A stretch of DNA of 64,000 nt from Octopus sinensis (GCF_006345805.1 NC_043000.1:21390001-21454000), one strand, 5' to 3'. Positions 1-14,400 are shown, counted from the stretch's first letter. The notes: generated by a model not told the origin, from the sequence alone. A program made the numbers and translations.

Positions 1-185
1 AGTTTCTTTATTGGCCACACAGGGCTGCACACAGATGGGACAAGTTACAAGGTAGAGCTTTTCTTTTGGGGGATGAAAAAAACAAAAAACAAAAGAAACA
101 AAAAAAAAGGGTGGCGTAGGTTTTCGATCAAGAGGGATCGTAAAAGGGAAGAAAAGAACAAAAATAAATAAATAAATAAAATAAA

Positions 186-373
<188 letters not shown>

Positions 374-942
374 GTTAATGTTTGTTTTTATGTTCAGTTA
401 TAATAAAGACAATTTTACATTAATTTGATGGGTTACTCTATACTTCTGTAGAATACAAATTTATTATTCTTATACAAGAATGTTGTTGATAGTGACTTCT
501 AAGTTTCAGCCAGTTAAACCATTGTCAGACTGTCTTAGAAATAAAAGAAAATCTACAGTGTAAGGTAAAGTGGTCAAGAAGATCACTTCTCAGTTACATG
601 TTTGTGTCTGTGTATGTCCCCCCCTCACCATCATTTGACAACTGATGTTGGTGTGTTTACGTCCCCGTAACTTCCAGTAACTTCAGCAAAAGAGACCGAT
701 AGAATAAGTACTAGGCTTACAAAGAATAAGTTCTGGGGTCGATTTGTTCAACTAAAGGCGGTGCTCCAGCATGGCTGCAGTCAAATGACTGAAACAAATA
801 AAAGAATATATATATATTTATATATTGGGCACGTTTCTTCTACTATAGCCTTAGCCTGACTAAAGCCCTGTGAGTGGATTTGGTAGACAGAAACTGAAAG
901 AAGCACATCATGTATGTATATATATATATATATATATACATG

Positions 943-979
<37 letters not shown>

Positions 980-2466
980 ATATATTTTGGTGATGTTTTT
1001 CAATGAAAAATGTTATTATAAGGTTTTGACATAAGCTGAAGATATTCAACATAAATTAGAGTAGTCGATAGCACAGCAAATCACTGCTTGGCTTAACTGT
1101 GACAATTATGATTTGGATTTTCAAATAATGTTTGCTAAGTTGGACATCCTTTGTTTATTCTTCTGTCTGTCATTGAACGAATTGTTTTTACGCCGATCTG
1201 TTGTAATAAGACAAACATTTTGTAAAATGAATCATGAGTTATGGGAAATGATATTTACTTCCATCACCAGTGTCATCTTCATCATCATCCTCACCACAAC
1301 CATCACCACCACCAACACCAACGCCAACGCCAACGCCAACACCATCACCACCAGCAGCACCATTACCACCATCACTATCACCTCCAGCACCACTAATGCC
1401 AGCCGTTCAAGAATTTGGACCTGGAGATCTCTATTTCCAGTGACTTCAAGGGCCACCTCCTAGTAGTATCGGGCATCAATGAAGAGCCCTCGACTACAAG
1501 ACGACCAAAGTGTTTTTTCCCAAGGTCTGGGGTCTCCTGCCCCTAAGCCCCAGGCCATCACCTAATCACCCTTACCCATCTTGTTGCTTAACAACAACAA
1601 CAACCAATGCCAACATCACCAGCAGCACCACCGCTACCACCACAACCATCACCACCACCACCACCACTATCATCATCATTATTACCATTATCATGGGCTG
1701 TTCCATAGTTCTGGCCATGGAATCAGTTTGTCAGTGCCTATTTCGAAAGATGAAACCTGAATTATATAATGTCAAATACCAGGGCAAAAACGAATGTTAA
1801 TACACTAACTGGGATCCACCGACAAGGTCATGCACTGTTTATCCTGATATGAGATCACCATGTTGCACACATATGGTTGTGATGTATGTGCTTGGTGTAC
1901 CCTTATCAAATTTAGAAGAAATGTCGATGATGATGATGATGATGTCCTTGTCATCACCATCACCATGATCATCGCCATCATCATTATCATGCTTATGTAG
2001 GTCAGAAGGAATTTGCTGTGGTGAATTTTCTATGGCTTGATGCCCTTCCTGACACCAGCCCTCACCTATTTCCATGTAAGGTAATATTTCCTCTGGACCA
2101 GACATGTTTTTGTGGAAGTCTGGAAATGAAGGACATCACAGTGACACTCATTTATGATCATCACATGATGTCAATGCAAGGAAACAGCAACACATGCACA
2201 CACACACACACTCATGCATGCACACACACACATACTCATGCATGCACACACACACACGCACGTGAGGACTTCTTTCACTTTCTACATACCAAATCCAAAA
2301 TCCATTTACAAGGCTTTGGTTGGCTCCAGGCAATAGTAGTAGAAGACAATTGCCTCAGATGTCACGCAGTAGAACTGAACTTGAAACCACATGGTTTGGA
2401 CACAAACTTCTTAACCACACAGCCACCCCTGCATCACAAGCCACTCATTTAATTTTCTCTTTCCAG

Positions 2467-2627
2467 TTCTCAAGGGTTAATGGCTCAGACATTTACAAAA
2501 CCAGGAGTTTATTACTATTCGGATCAAGACAAACAATTTTCAGCTGACATCATTGGTACAATTATCGTCAAATCCAAACCAAAAGATCATCATGTTAAAG
2601 TCAATAACCAAACTGGTTTCATTTGTG
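2467..2627 (+). CDS. Internal exon A of cupredoxin-repeat/FN3 gene (phase 2->1): SQGLMAQTFTKPGVYYYSDQDKQFSADIIGTIIVKSKPKDHHVKVNNQTGFIC
   Basis: ttttctctttccag acceptor; G|gtgagt donor; open frame; F..PGVYYYS...GTIIV cupredoxin-like C-terminal motif; phase matches exon B. Confidence 0.9.
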
Positions 2628-3930
2628 GTGAGTTTTTTGCTGTTCTTTTGATTTTTTAATATAATTTAGACAGTAGATCTTGACACAGCCATCTAACTTG
2701 CTAGCTCCAGTCAAACTGTTCAACGCATGCCAACATGGAAAGAGGACATTAAATGGTGGTGTTGATGATGATGATGATGATGAGAATTTTGTGGTCAATA
2801 CAGAATGATGATAAATTACCATGTAGACCAGTGAGAATCAAAACAATGACATGTGTGTTCATTCTCCATGTTTTCCAGCAGATTTGAATGTAAATATTAT
2901 AATCACCGTTGTATTTCCCCTTCAGAGAATGCCTTTTCTTATCAAACAATATATGCTGGCAGCAACTCAAGTCGTTGATATAAGGGGACTTTAAGACACC
3001 AGTGTTTCAACCTGGTTGTGTCTCTTCAGTAAAAGCTACGCCTTAATCAATGAAGCTAAACAAGAATGATAGCTCTTGTTTATTTAATTCAGCAAAGAAA
3101 TTATTTGCTAGTGTATGTTGATATCTACGAAACATATAACAAATTATCATGTGCACATAGAACAATGAAAATCAAAACAATGATGTACTTATTCATTGTT
3201 AATACCTTCTGGCAGATTTGAAAGGGAATATGTTAATCACTATTGTATTTCTCCTTCAGAGGACATGTTCTCTTTTTCAGATGATGCATGTTGGCAACAC
3301 ATTTGACTCATTGCTGTAAGGAGACTTTGAAACACTTGTGTTTCAACTTGGTTTTCTCTCTTCAATTGAAGCTACTCCTAAGTTGATGAATTGTGGTTCT
3401 TTTTTATAGAATTAAGCAAACAAATTATTTGCTGATTCATGTTGATATCTACCAGACATATAATAAATTATCATGTACATGTAAAACAACAAAATTCAAA
3501 ACAACTATGTACATATTTATTGTTAATAAATTCTGGCAATGTCAGTCATTGCTGCATTTCTCTGTTCTCTTTTCAGATGATAGGATAGGTATTGACAATT
3601 CACTTGATTCATTGCTATAAGGAAACATTGAAACACCTGTGTTTCAACCTGGTTGCATATCCTCAGTCAAAACTATCCCTGGGTTAATGAATCTAAAAAA
3701 AAGAATCATGGTTTCTGTTTATAGAATTCAGCAAACAAATTATTTGTTGTCAATGAATCATGCATGTCAACAACACACTTCATCTAATAATGTAGCTCTA
3801 GATTACACTTTCTCAGAAAGAAGACAAAAGAAACCCACTTTATTGTCTTCAGCCAAAAGTTTTCTGAGTCAAGCCTAAACAACAAATTAAAGAAATGGTA
3901 ATGAATATTTGTATTTAACTTGTTTTCCAG

Positions 3931-4062
3931 ATTTACTGCGATTAGAAACAAATGACCGAATCTGGTGGAACTGGATAGACAAAGACAACAAAATAAGCAG
4001 CTTCAATGAATTAGACAGATATATAAACCCTGTTGTAAAGCAACCATTACTATGTTGCATAG
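3931..4062 (+). CDS. Exon B (phase 1->1): DLLRLETNDRIWWNWIDKDNKISSFNELDRYINPVVKQPLLCCI
   Basis: tgttttccag acceptor; AG|gtaagt donor; 132 nt; 'L.LETNDRIWWNW' matches the G-D-x-V-x-W motif of the repeat. Confidence 0.9.
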
Positions 4063-6291
4063 GTAAGTCATATAACACCTCTCACTATAGATCACTAATG
4101 AAGCTCTTCTATGTATAAATTCCATCTCTGAAACATTCACAACAAACTTCTAATCTCTCACCTCTGCTAGTAATTGTCATTTATAGTGAATTAGAAAAAT
4201 CATTAGAACATGACAAATTGTCTTGCGGGTATCAAGTTATGATCCCTTGCATTCTGAGTTCAGATCCTGCTGTGGTTAACTTTGCTTTTTATCTTTGCAG
4301 GATCGATAAAATAAAATATTAGCCAAGCATTATCATCTTAAGGTATGAGCATTCTGAGCAGTTGCCCAGAGGTCTCATGGGTTAAGGGGCCCAATTCTGG
4401 TCTATTTATGCTGTAGCTTACTATCAAAATATAAACTCAATAGGGCCTAGTGCATTGATTTACCTAGGGGTTTATAATACTGATCAGGCAGCTCTGCATC
4501 CAAGTACCAAGATTTTTATAATTCTTTCTAATATTGGAAAAGGTCAGAAATTTTCAGAAGCAGGGAACAACTCCAGTGCTCAACTGGTACTTATTTTATC
4601 AAACCCAAAGACATGAAATGCAAAGTCAAAACTCCCTGACACTTAGACTCAGAACAGAAAGAGCTGGAAGAAACACCACTAAGCATGGTAACAGTTCTGC
4701 TAGTTTGTCTCCTGCAGTTGTTATAATTAACTATTCCCTTTATTCCAAATTCCAGGTCTTAGGCCTATATAAGAAATCAATATTTAATTATGTTTTGTGG
4801 TCAAATTGTCAGTTTTGCTAATAGACTGGATTTGGAGAATTCATCTCTGTTTCTTTTCCGCTTTGAAAAACCTAGTATTTCTAGTTTTTTGCGTAAATTT
4901 CTCGATAGGTATGTATGTATGAATGTCATTATTCAGTTTTATTTCAAGATTTCTTGCCAATAGAAAAAGAGCCAGTTTTTAACCTACATCCAAGGTTCCT
5001 TCATTGCAATTTCAACAAAATCAACAAGATATTTTTTGTATGTATGTATGTATGAATGTATGTATGTATGTATGTATGTATGTATGTATGTATGTATGTA
5101 TGTATGTATGTATGTATGTATGTATGTATGTATATGTGCAGACTTGTAAAGTTTTGTTTTGTGTACATATAGTTGCATGTCTAGACAAGATCATATATAC
5201 TTATAAGATAAACTTCTGGAAAGTTTTACAGATTTTCACAGTTCCTGTGATTGCTTGGATCTCATCATCATCGTCGTCATTTAACATCCGCTTTCCATGC
5301 TGGCATGGATTGGACAGTCCTCAGTCTGACTGAGGATTGGCGGACCAGAAGGCTGCACCAGAATCCAATCTGATCTGGCAAAGTTTCTACAGCTGGATGC
5401 CCTTCCTAATGCCAACCACTCCGAGAGTGTAGTGGGTGCTTTTACATGTCACTGGCATGAAGGCCAGTCAGGCAGTACTGGCAACGACCACGCTCAAGTG
5501 GTGTTTTTTACATGCCACCTGCATAGAAGCCCGTCCAGCGGCACTGGCAATGACCACACTCAAATGTTGTTTTTCACATGCCACCGGCACAGGTGCCAGT
5601 AAGGCAATGCTGGCAACAATCACACTCAAATGGTGCTTTTTATGTGCCACCGGCACAGGAGCCAATCAGTGGGCCTGGCAACGATCATGCTCAGATGGTG
5701 CTTTTAACATTCCACTGGCACAGGTGCCAATCAGGCGGTACTGTCATCAGCCACGTCAGCGATTTTGATTTCACTTGCCTCAATAGGTCTTCACAAGCAA
5801 AGTTTATTGTCCAATGAATGAAGGATACTCATAAGTGGGCTGGTTATACACCACTGGCATAGGCCAGCTTTCTCCTTTCTGGTTTTGAGAAGCCTAATTT
5901 CTCAATATCGGTATTTAGACTGTGTGTTACACACAGTGAGATTGAACTTAGAATTATACTGTTGTGAAAAGAACTTCATACATGCCCCTGTTTATTCTTG
6001 TCTAAAGTTGAAAAGCTGCACTTAACCATAATCAGCTCAGCAGATATTTTAAATCTCTTCTAAGGTTCACTTCAAAGATGATTTCACATTCTTTAATTAT
6101 ACTGAGTTCATTTATGAATTTGATTTATTTTAATTAGTAGCTTCTTTATGTCATTACCTTATGTAATTATTGACATTGAACTAAAAATATATGGACTGTT
6201 TTTCAAGGAAGACTTCAAAAATAGCAAACCATTTTGTTTCTTGTCTTCTGAGCAGATAATAATAACAATAATAATAATAATGACAATAATG

Positions 6292-6377
<86 letters not shown>

Positions 6378-6796
6378 CATAAATGCAAATGCAAATAAAG
6401 GTAAAAATATAAATATATAGCGAGAACTCCAAAAAATCAATAGGTTTACTTTGTGTCTTGTCTGAAGAATAGATTTTAAAGAATATTCTATAGAATTAAG
6501 ATTGCTTTATTGGGGGATAAAAACCAAACAACTTCATTTTGGAAGCAAGAATTATTTAAGAAAGAAATAGGCATATGTATGATGATGTGAGGTTAAGAAG
6601 TTTGTATCACAACCATATGGTTTTGGGTTTGGTTCCACAACACAGCACCTTCAGCCAGTGTCTTCTACTATAGCACTAAACTGACCGAAGATTTATTAGT
6701 AGATTTGGTTAATGGAAACTGAAAGATGGCCATCATATATGTATGTGTAGCTATCTATTTTTCTTTCTTTCATTCTTTCTTTCTTTTTTCTTTCTT

Positions 6797-6841
<45 letters not shown>

Positions 6842-8246
6842 TCATCTATCTATCTGCCAATCTCTCTACATATCAATCTGTCTACCTATCAATCTATCTC
6901 TATATCTATATATCTATCTATCTATTTATCTATCACTTTCTCTATCTCTCTATCTATATATCTATCTATCTATCTGTATATTTTTGTGTATATATATATG
7001 GTGATGGTGGTGGTGGTGGTGGTGGTGGTGGTGATTGATGATGAATATGACAATGAATATAGCAGTGAATATGGCTATGATGACGACGATGACGAGTATG
7101 AGGGGGAGGAGGAGGAGGAGGAGGTGGAGGACAATGACTGATAACGATTATGATGATGGCAATTACAATATTGATGATGATGATGTGCACAGCCACAAAT
7201 TTTGTAGACTGGTGCATTGTTGATTTAGATTGACCCTAATATTTGACTGGTACTTTATTTTATTGACCCCAAAAGAATGAAATGCCAATTTGACCTCCTG
7301 CAAGATTTGAACCCAGAATGTAAGGGGTTATAACTTAAATGCTGCAATGCATTTTCTACATCTCTCTACTGATTCTGCCCCAAAATTGGATGGAACTTGA
7401 AATATAACATTTAATATTTAGCATTCTCTTGAAAATAGTTTCTTTAATTCTTTAGTATACAGATTATTCTGTTAGGGGCAATGCTTATTCACATTGCTTT
7501 CAATTATCCATGCATTAGCTCATAGCTTCAAAATTTCAATCTCTAGCCGGGTAGCCTTGTACTTCCTCTACAGCAAGATGCTTGTATCCATCTTTTCATC
7601 ATCCAACACAAGATCCCCTTCTCCAATGCCTCCTCTCCTCTTGAAAGTTTTTTTTTTTTTTGTCTTGCTAGGTACTTGGTGACCCTGTCAGTGCAGGTGC
7701 CACTTAAAAGCACCCAGTCCACACTGTAAAGTAGCTGGTGTTTGGAAGGGCATCCTGCTGTAAAAACCTTGCCAAAACTGACCTCGCCTGTGCTTGTGCC
7801 ATGAAAAAAGCACCAAGTTCACTCTGCTGAGTGGTTAGGTGTTTAGGAAGGGCATCCAGCTGTAAAAATCCTGCGAAAACAGTCACAGAAGTCTGGTGCA
7901 GGCTTCGGCCTAGCCGGCCCTTGTGAAAGCATTCCACCAATGCTTGCATGGAAGGTGGACATTAAACGATGAGGAGGAGGAGGAGGAGGAAGAGGAGGAA
8001 TGGGTGGGAAGGAGGAGGAATGGGTGGGGAGGATGAGGAATGGGTGGGAAGGAGGAGGAATGGGTGGGGAGGAGGAGGAGGAATGGGTAGGGAGGAAGAG
8101 GAATGGGTGGGGAGGAGGAGGAGGATTGTAGGCTTGGTGTGAGTCGCTGGATCTGGCTAGTTTGAACATAAAGGAGGTGAAATATTTGGGTCAAATATGG
8201 TCAGTTTAAATACTAAAGGGTTAAATTTTTTGTTATTTATTTCCAG

Positions 8247-8404
8247 ATAAAACTGACGAAATGGATGAAGAGAGCAAAGAGATTCTGAGCAAAGTTGGAC
8301 TGATTTGTGTGTGTATAACAACAATTGGTGTTTATACATATACTGTGACCTGTATTCAAGATATTGTTAGCACTTGCACTGTAATTGCTAAGCCTGCTCC
8401 AAAG
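8247..8404 (+). CDS. Exon C (phase 1->0): DKTDEMDEESKEILSKVGLICVCITTIGVYTYTVTCIQDIVSTCTVIAKPAPK
   Basis: ttatttatttccag acceptor; AAG|gtaaag donor; open frame; bridges phases of B and D; 'GVYTY' motif. Confidence 0.85.
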
Positions 8405-8485
8405 GTAAAGCATTTCAAATATTCTTAACACTTGTGCTGTCACTGGTAAGTTTTAGCAAGAACATATCATCAGTCCACACACCCC

Positions 8486-9463
8486 TTAACCCTTTTGATA
8501 CCAACCCGGCTGAAACCACTTCTGGCTGTGTAGTACTAATGTCTTGTTTTCATAAGTTCTGAATTAAAACCTTCCACCAAACCTTAGTCACAATTTATGT
8601 CCCTAACACTAGCTTAATGATAACTAAGTTATTTTACTATATTCTTTGTTATATTTAAAATTAATTGAAAGAAACACAGAGCATCTCAAAATAAATACGG
8701 TAACAAAAGGGTTAAAAAATATAATAGAGAAACAATTCTTAACCCTTTTGATACCAACCCAGCTGAAACCACTTCTGGCTTTCTAGTACAAATGTCTTGT
8801 TTTCATAAGTTCTGAATTAAAACCTTCCACCAAACCTTAGTCACAATTTATGTCCCTAACACTAGCTTAATGATAACTAAGTTATTTTACTATATTCTTT
8901 GTTATATTTAAAATTAATTGAAAGAAACACAGAGCATCTCAAAATAAATACGGTAACAAAAGGGTTAAAAAATATAATAGAGAAACAATTCTTAACCCTT
9001 TTGATACCAACCCAGCTGAAACCACTTCTGGCTCTCTAGTACAAATGTCTTGTTTTCATAAGTTCTGAATTAAAACCTTCCACCAAACTTTAGTCACAAT
9101 TTATGTTCCCAACACTAGCTTAATGATAACTAAGTTATTTTACCAAATTCTTTGTTATATTTTAAATTAATTGAAAGAAACACAGAGCATCTCAAAATAA
9201 ATACGGTAACAAAAGGGTTAAAAAATATAATAGAGAAACAATTCTTAACCCTTTTGATACCAACCCAGCTGAAACCACTTCTGGCTCTCTAGTACAAATG
9301 TCTTGTTTTCATAAGTTCTGAATTAAAACCTTCCACCAAACTTTAGTCACAATTTATGTTCCCAACACTAGCTTAATGATAACTAAGTTATTTTACTAAA
9401 TTCTTTGTTATATTTAAAATTAATTGAAAGAAACACAGAGCATCTCTAAATAAATACGGTAAC
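8486..9463. repeat. 253-bp tandem array (~3.9 copies) of a piggyBac-like MITE plus 23-bp spacer
   Basis: Unit starts at 8486, 8739, 8992 and 9245; each unit is ttaacccttttgatacc...ggtaacaaaagggttaa (TTAA/CCC termini). Confidence 0.85.
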
Positions 9464-9537
9464 GTGGTGGTGGTGGTGGTAGTGGTGGTGGTGAATGTAA
9501 TGAAATTTTACTGACTTTCCTGAATGTTCTTTTCCAG

Positions 9538-9654
9538 AATCATACAATACACATTACAGAAGATGGTTATGAGAAGCATGCTATCACTATACGGCCCCAT
9601 GACTATGTTTGGTGGGTGTGGCAGAATGAAAAACTCCCTCACAATATTGTACAG
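9538..9654 (+). CDS. Exon D (phase 0->0): NHTIHITEDGYEKHAITIRPHDYVWWVWQNEKLPHNIVQ
   Basis: ttcttttccag acceptor; CAG|gtaatg donor; plastocyanin-like N-terminal half (I.I....DYV.W.W....HNIV). Confidence 0.9.
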
Positions 9655-10536
9655 GTAATGCAATTATTTTTTTTTTCTTAAATATGACATAGAAGAGATC
9701 ATACTTTAATTGTTGATGTTGTTGTTCAGCTCCCAAGTCAGCTCAGCACAAGCAGAGCTATGACCAATGCATTCCAACCATGACCATCTTGACATTTTTT
9801 TCAGACTTGTCCCCAAGCATAAAGCTGGTCTCAACCTCTCCTGGGGTTCTTAGTCCTGTTAACTGCATGGTGGTGGTGTTGGTGGTAGTGGTGGTGGTGG
9901 TGGTGGTAGTAGTGGGTCTCCACTGTACCAGTGGAGAAATATCACACAGTAAACGTTGTGAGCAGTTGAAATTGGGAAGGGTTTCAGGTTGTAAAAATCA
10001 TGTCAAAACAGACATTGGAGTATGATGTCCTTGAATCCATTAATTCCTCTCAAACCATCCAAACTATGCCAGCATAGAACATGGACATTAAATGATGAGG
10101 AATATACCTTTGACAACATTACCCAATTTTTCCATTTTTTTTTAATGGTAGAGTGTAACTTGAGAGAGATTTGGCAGTTGTTTCTCACATGTCAAATGAC
10201 CATGTCATAACTCCCTGGGTATTGTAGCATGCCAGTTTAGTGACTGGTCTATTAAGTTACACTTCATTATGTATATGTTTGTTTGTCCCCCCTCAACCAT
10301 TGCTTGACAACCGATATTGGTGTGTTTACATCCCTGTAACTTAGTGGTTCAGCAAAAGAGACCAATAGAATAAGTACCAGGCTTACAAAGAATAGGTTCT
10401 GGGGTCAATTTGTTCATTTAAAGGCAGTGCTCCAGCATGGCTCCAGTCAAATGACTGAACCAAGTAAAAAGAAGAAAATCTATATATATATATATATATA
10501 TAGAAAGAGAGAGAGAGAGAGAGAGAGCTACACACA

Positions 10537-10586
<50 letters not shown>

Positions 10587-11387
10587 CACATACACACACA
10601 CAGTGAGCTGGCAGAAAAGTTAGCATGCTGGGTGAAATGCTTAGCGGTACTTCATCTGTCTTTACATTCTGAGTTCAAATTCTGTCAAGGTCAACTTTGC
10701 CTTTCATCCTTTCAGGTTCGTTAAATTAAGTACCAGTTGTGTACTGGGGTCGATCTAGTCGATTGGCCCCCTCCCCCACAAAAATTTTGGGCCTTGTACC
10801 TAGAGTAGAAAAGAATGTGAGGGTTGATGTTTTGGATGCTAGTCCCTGATCAGGAAAAGTAAAAATAATGACAAAAGTGGTAGGAAAGCAAAAGTGTGTG
10901 TGTGTGCGCGCATGTGTGTGTGTTTATATAAGTTTGTATTCTCTCATCTATATGTGTGTCCAATCACTAATTGTTAGCAATGGCTGCAGCAATGATGTCA
11001 TTTGCATGCAATCCCCTGTCAAAACACATCTGAGCTTCTTGGCATGTCTTGGTGTTGCATGACCTTCATAAGCAAAAGGTTCATTCATACTGTGGCATTT
11101 GTTTCTGATTCTCCATATTCATAAGTCAAGGCTGTTTATTGTTTGATAGACTGGGAGATAATTACCTCCCTTGGGAACAAGAAGGTGTTAGTGACAGGAA
11201 GAGCATCCGACTGTAGAAGACTCTTCCCAAGCATGCTCTTGTCTGACCCATGCTAGCATGGAAAAGTAGGCAATAAAACAATGATAATGTTCAGGATCGT
11301 GGTGGTGGTGGTGGTAATGATAATCATCATCATCATCATTTAATGTCCGCTTTCCATGCTAGCATGGGTTGGACCAAAAATTGTTTA

Positions 11388-11479
11388 CACCCACAGAGGG
11401 ACTCGAACCTGCGACCCTCAGATTACTTCTAAAATTGACTTATAAAAGTCTGATGCTCTACCGACTGAGCTAAGCAGGC
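11388..11479 (-). tRNA. tRNA-Lys-TTT: tRNA-Lys(TTT)-like gene with a 19-nt intron at 37/38 (11424..11442); weak acceptor and T stems, possibly a pseudogene
   Basis: Minus strand reads GCCTGCTTAGCTCAGTCGGTAGAGCATCAGACTTTTA[TAAGTCAATTTTAGAAGTA]ATCTGAGGGTCGCAGGTTCGAGTCCCTCTGTGGGTG; D-arm and anticodon arm match eukaryotic tRNA-Lys UUU; T5 Pol III terminator just downstream (11376..11380). Confidence 0.8.
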
Positions 11480-14400
11480 GGGCAGTGGTGAAAGACAAAG
11501 TTGATTGTGACAAGATTTGACTCCAAGTATTCAGAAATAGTGGTAGTTATACTGGTTTCATATTTTTGCACAGGACCAGCAATTTCAGGAGAGGGGATAA
11601 GTCATTTACATCAACCCTACTACTTAACTGGTACTTACTTTATTGACACCCACACGAAGAAAGGTAAAATCAACCCCAGCAATATTTGAACTCAGAACAT
11701 AAAATCAGAAGAAATGCTGCCAAGCCTTTAGTCCAGCATGGTAAAGATTCTGCCAGATCTTCACCAATAAAACTGTGGCCGTTATATTACCAATATAATT
11801 GTATAATATCTCATTTTTATCAAATATATTTTGATGTATAAACCTTGCCAAGATCTTAGTAATATTATATGTATTGTGTTACATATATGAATGTATGGAA
11901 TATGTTTATTGAGGTGGTGTTGGGGGTTAAGTGAAAAATCACAAGAGATGACTATTTAGTTCTGAATGTACACAAAACAATGCCACCACAGCAAAATAAG
12001 TATTGAACACAACTTTCTAATTGAATACAATGTTCTTACAATGAAGATATTTACCGATTCAAGACTAGTCATATAATAAAATATACAAGGCTGTTAAAAG
12101 AAATAGAATTTAGACACAAAAACAGAGATTAATCTTCTTGACTTCAAGAAAAGGAAGCAGAACTTGATTCACTGTGTATTTTATATAATGCTGAGAACAT
12201 TTTGTAACAGTGAAAAATATATATACAATGTTGTTCAAAGAGAAAGAATTTAGACAGAAAACATAGATTAATCTTCTTGACTTCAAGGAAAGGAAGTAGA
12301 ACGTGATTTGCTATGCGTATTTTATATAAAGCTGGAAATAGGTGGGCCGTCTTGTCTTAAGAATTGTCTGCACTCCGTGCTGTCTGGGGTTAAAGTATCA
12401 CCACATTTTTTCTGGCAACCACAAAGCACTAAAACAGTTTTCTTTTAGTTTCTTTGTTATTTGATTGATAGTCGCAACAGTCGATTGGTAAGAATTAAAT
12501 TCCTTACCATTATCTTGTGCTACTAAGTTCAGACTAACCAATGATAGTGAACAATTAAGTGGGTAGTAACCAAACTTAAATGCAAATAAAGTATTTTTGT
12601 CTCTTCAAAACTCTATATCTACCTCCAAAACACCTTGTAATGTTACCTGCATTGTAATATTCTTTTTACAATAAGCTGGTAGAAATGTGGAATTTGAACT
12701 CTTTTCATTCTGAGTTCAAATTCCACCGAGGTCGACTTTGCCTTTCATCCTTTTGAGGTCGATAAATTAAGTACCAGTTGCATACTGGGGTCGATCTAAT
12801 TGACTGGCTACCTCCCCCAAAATTTGGGGCCTTGTGCCTAGAGTAGAAAAGAAAAAGAATATTTTTTTTACAATAGGTGCAAGACCTAAAATTTTGGGGG
12901 ATGGGGCCAGTCGATTAGATCAACCCCAGTATATGACTGCTACTTATTTTATCAACACTGAAAGGATGAAAAGCAAAGTCAACCATGGCAGAATTTGAAC
13001 TTAGAATATGCAGACAGACAAAATGCCACTAAGCATTTTGCCTATGCATGATAACGACTCTGCCAGCTCTCTGCCTTACCTGAATTCTAATCTGAGAGAG
13101 TAATGGTCTCAGAGAAGATATTCCCCTTGCCTTTATAAAATTACTTACCATTGAAATACATCTTACATTCATATGTGATAATGCACCTTTTCATTCCCCA
13201 CTGATCCACTGTTTATATAACCCCTTATACTCACCTTCTTGTACCTTGAGAGTATGTTCTAGCATCCCGTCATTACCATCTTCCAGCTACTCTCACTAAC
13301 TCGCATATAATGTTCAAAGAGACATTGCCCCTTCTTCCCTCTTTCCCATTCTGGTCCTTCTGATGTCTTGTACAAGGTAGCTATGTCTCTTCTCTATTGC
13401 AAAACACCTGTGAGACAAGAAATATTTATTAGTTAAATTCACACCTTTAAAAATTCTTGATAACATTTTAACCATTTGAAATGGGACCTGTAATTTCTAC
13501 AAGATATAAATATTTTAACAATAAGAAAGTTAACTTCAAACACAGTATAGCTGTAAGAACAGTAGAGAAAGATTGGGTATTTACCCTTTAAAGACAAGAA
13601 AAGGTTAACAGAAGGCAGTTGTACCTGTACCTCAAAGATATCTGCTGAGTGCTCTACTATTAAGCTAAACATTCCCTGACAACAATCACCCCCAATTTTA
13701 TTGCTAAATAAAAACTTTTTCGAATGTGAGAACATTTTATAAACAAACTTGGAAGCATCATATGTGTTGGTGTTTTACAGACAAGAAAAGTAATTTCAAA
13801 CGTAGTATAGCTGTGAGAACAGTAGAGAAAGATTGAGTATTTACCCTTATATGACAGGAAAAAGTTAGCAGCAGGCAGCTATAGGAATCGAAACTGTACC
13901 CAAGAGATACCTGCTGAGTGCTCTACCATTAAGCTAAACATTTACTCTTTTATTTGTTTCAGTCATTTCACTGTGGCCATGCAGAAGCACCGCCTTTAGT
14001 CAAGCAAATCAACCCCAGAACTTATTCTTTGGAAGCCTAGTACTTATTCTATCGGTCTCTTTTGCCGAACCGCTAAGTTACAGGGATGTAAATACACCAG
14101 CATCGGTTGTCAAGTGATGTTGGGGGGACAAACACAGACACACAAACATATACACACACGATGGGCTTCTTTCAGTTTCCATCTACCAAATCCACTCACA
14201 AGGCTTTGGTTGGCCCGAGGCTATAGTAGAAGACACTTGCTCAAGGTGCCACACAGTTGGACTGAACCCGGAACCATGTAGTTCGTAAGCAAGCTACTTA
14301 CCACACAGTCACTCCTACGCCTGTGAGAACATTTTATAAACAAATTTTGGAAGCATCATATGTGTTGGTGTTTTACAGACAAGAAAATAAATTTTGAACA

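Noticed and set aside
510-564. Possible upstream exon (QLNHCQTVLEIKENLQCK) with tttcag and AAG|gtaaag
   Set aside because: Ends in phase 0 while exon A starts in phase 2, and I found no bridging exon; unresolved, so not called.
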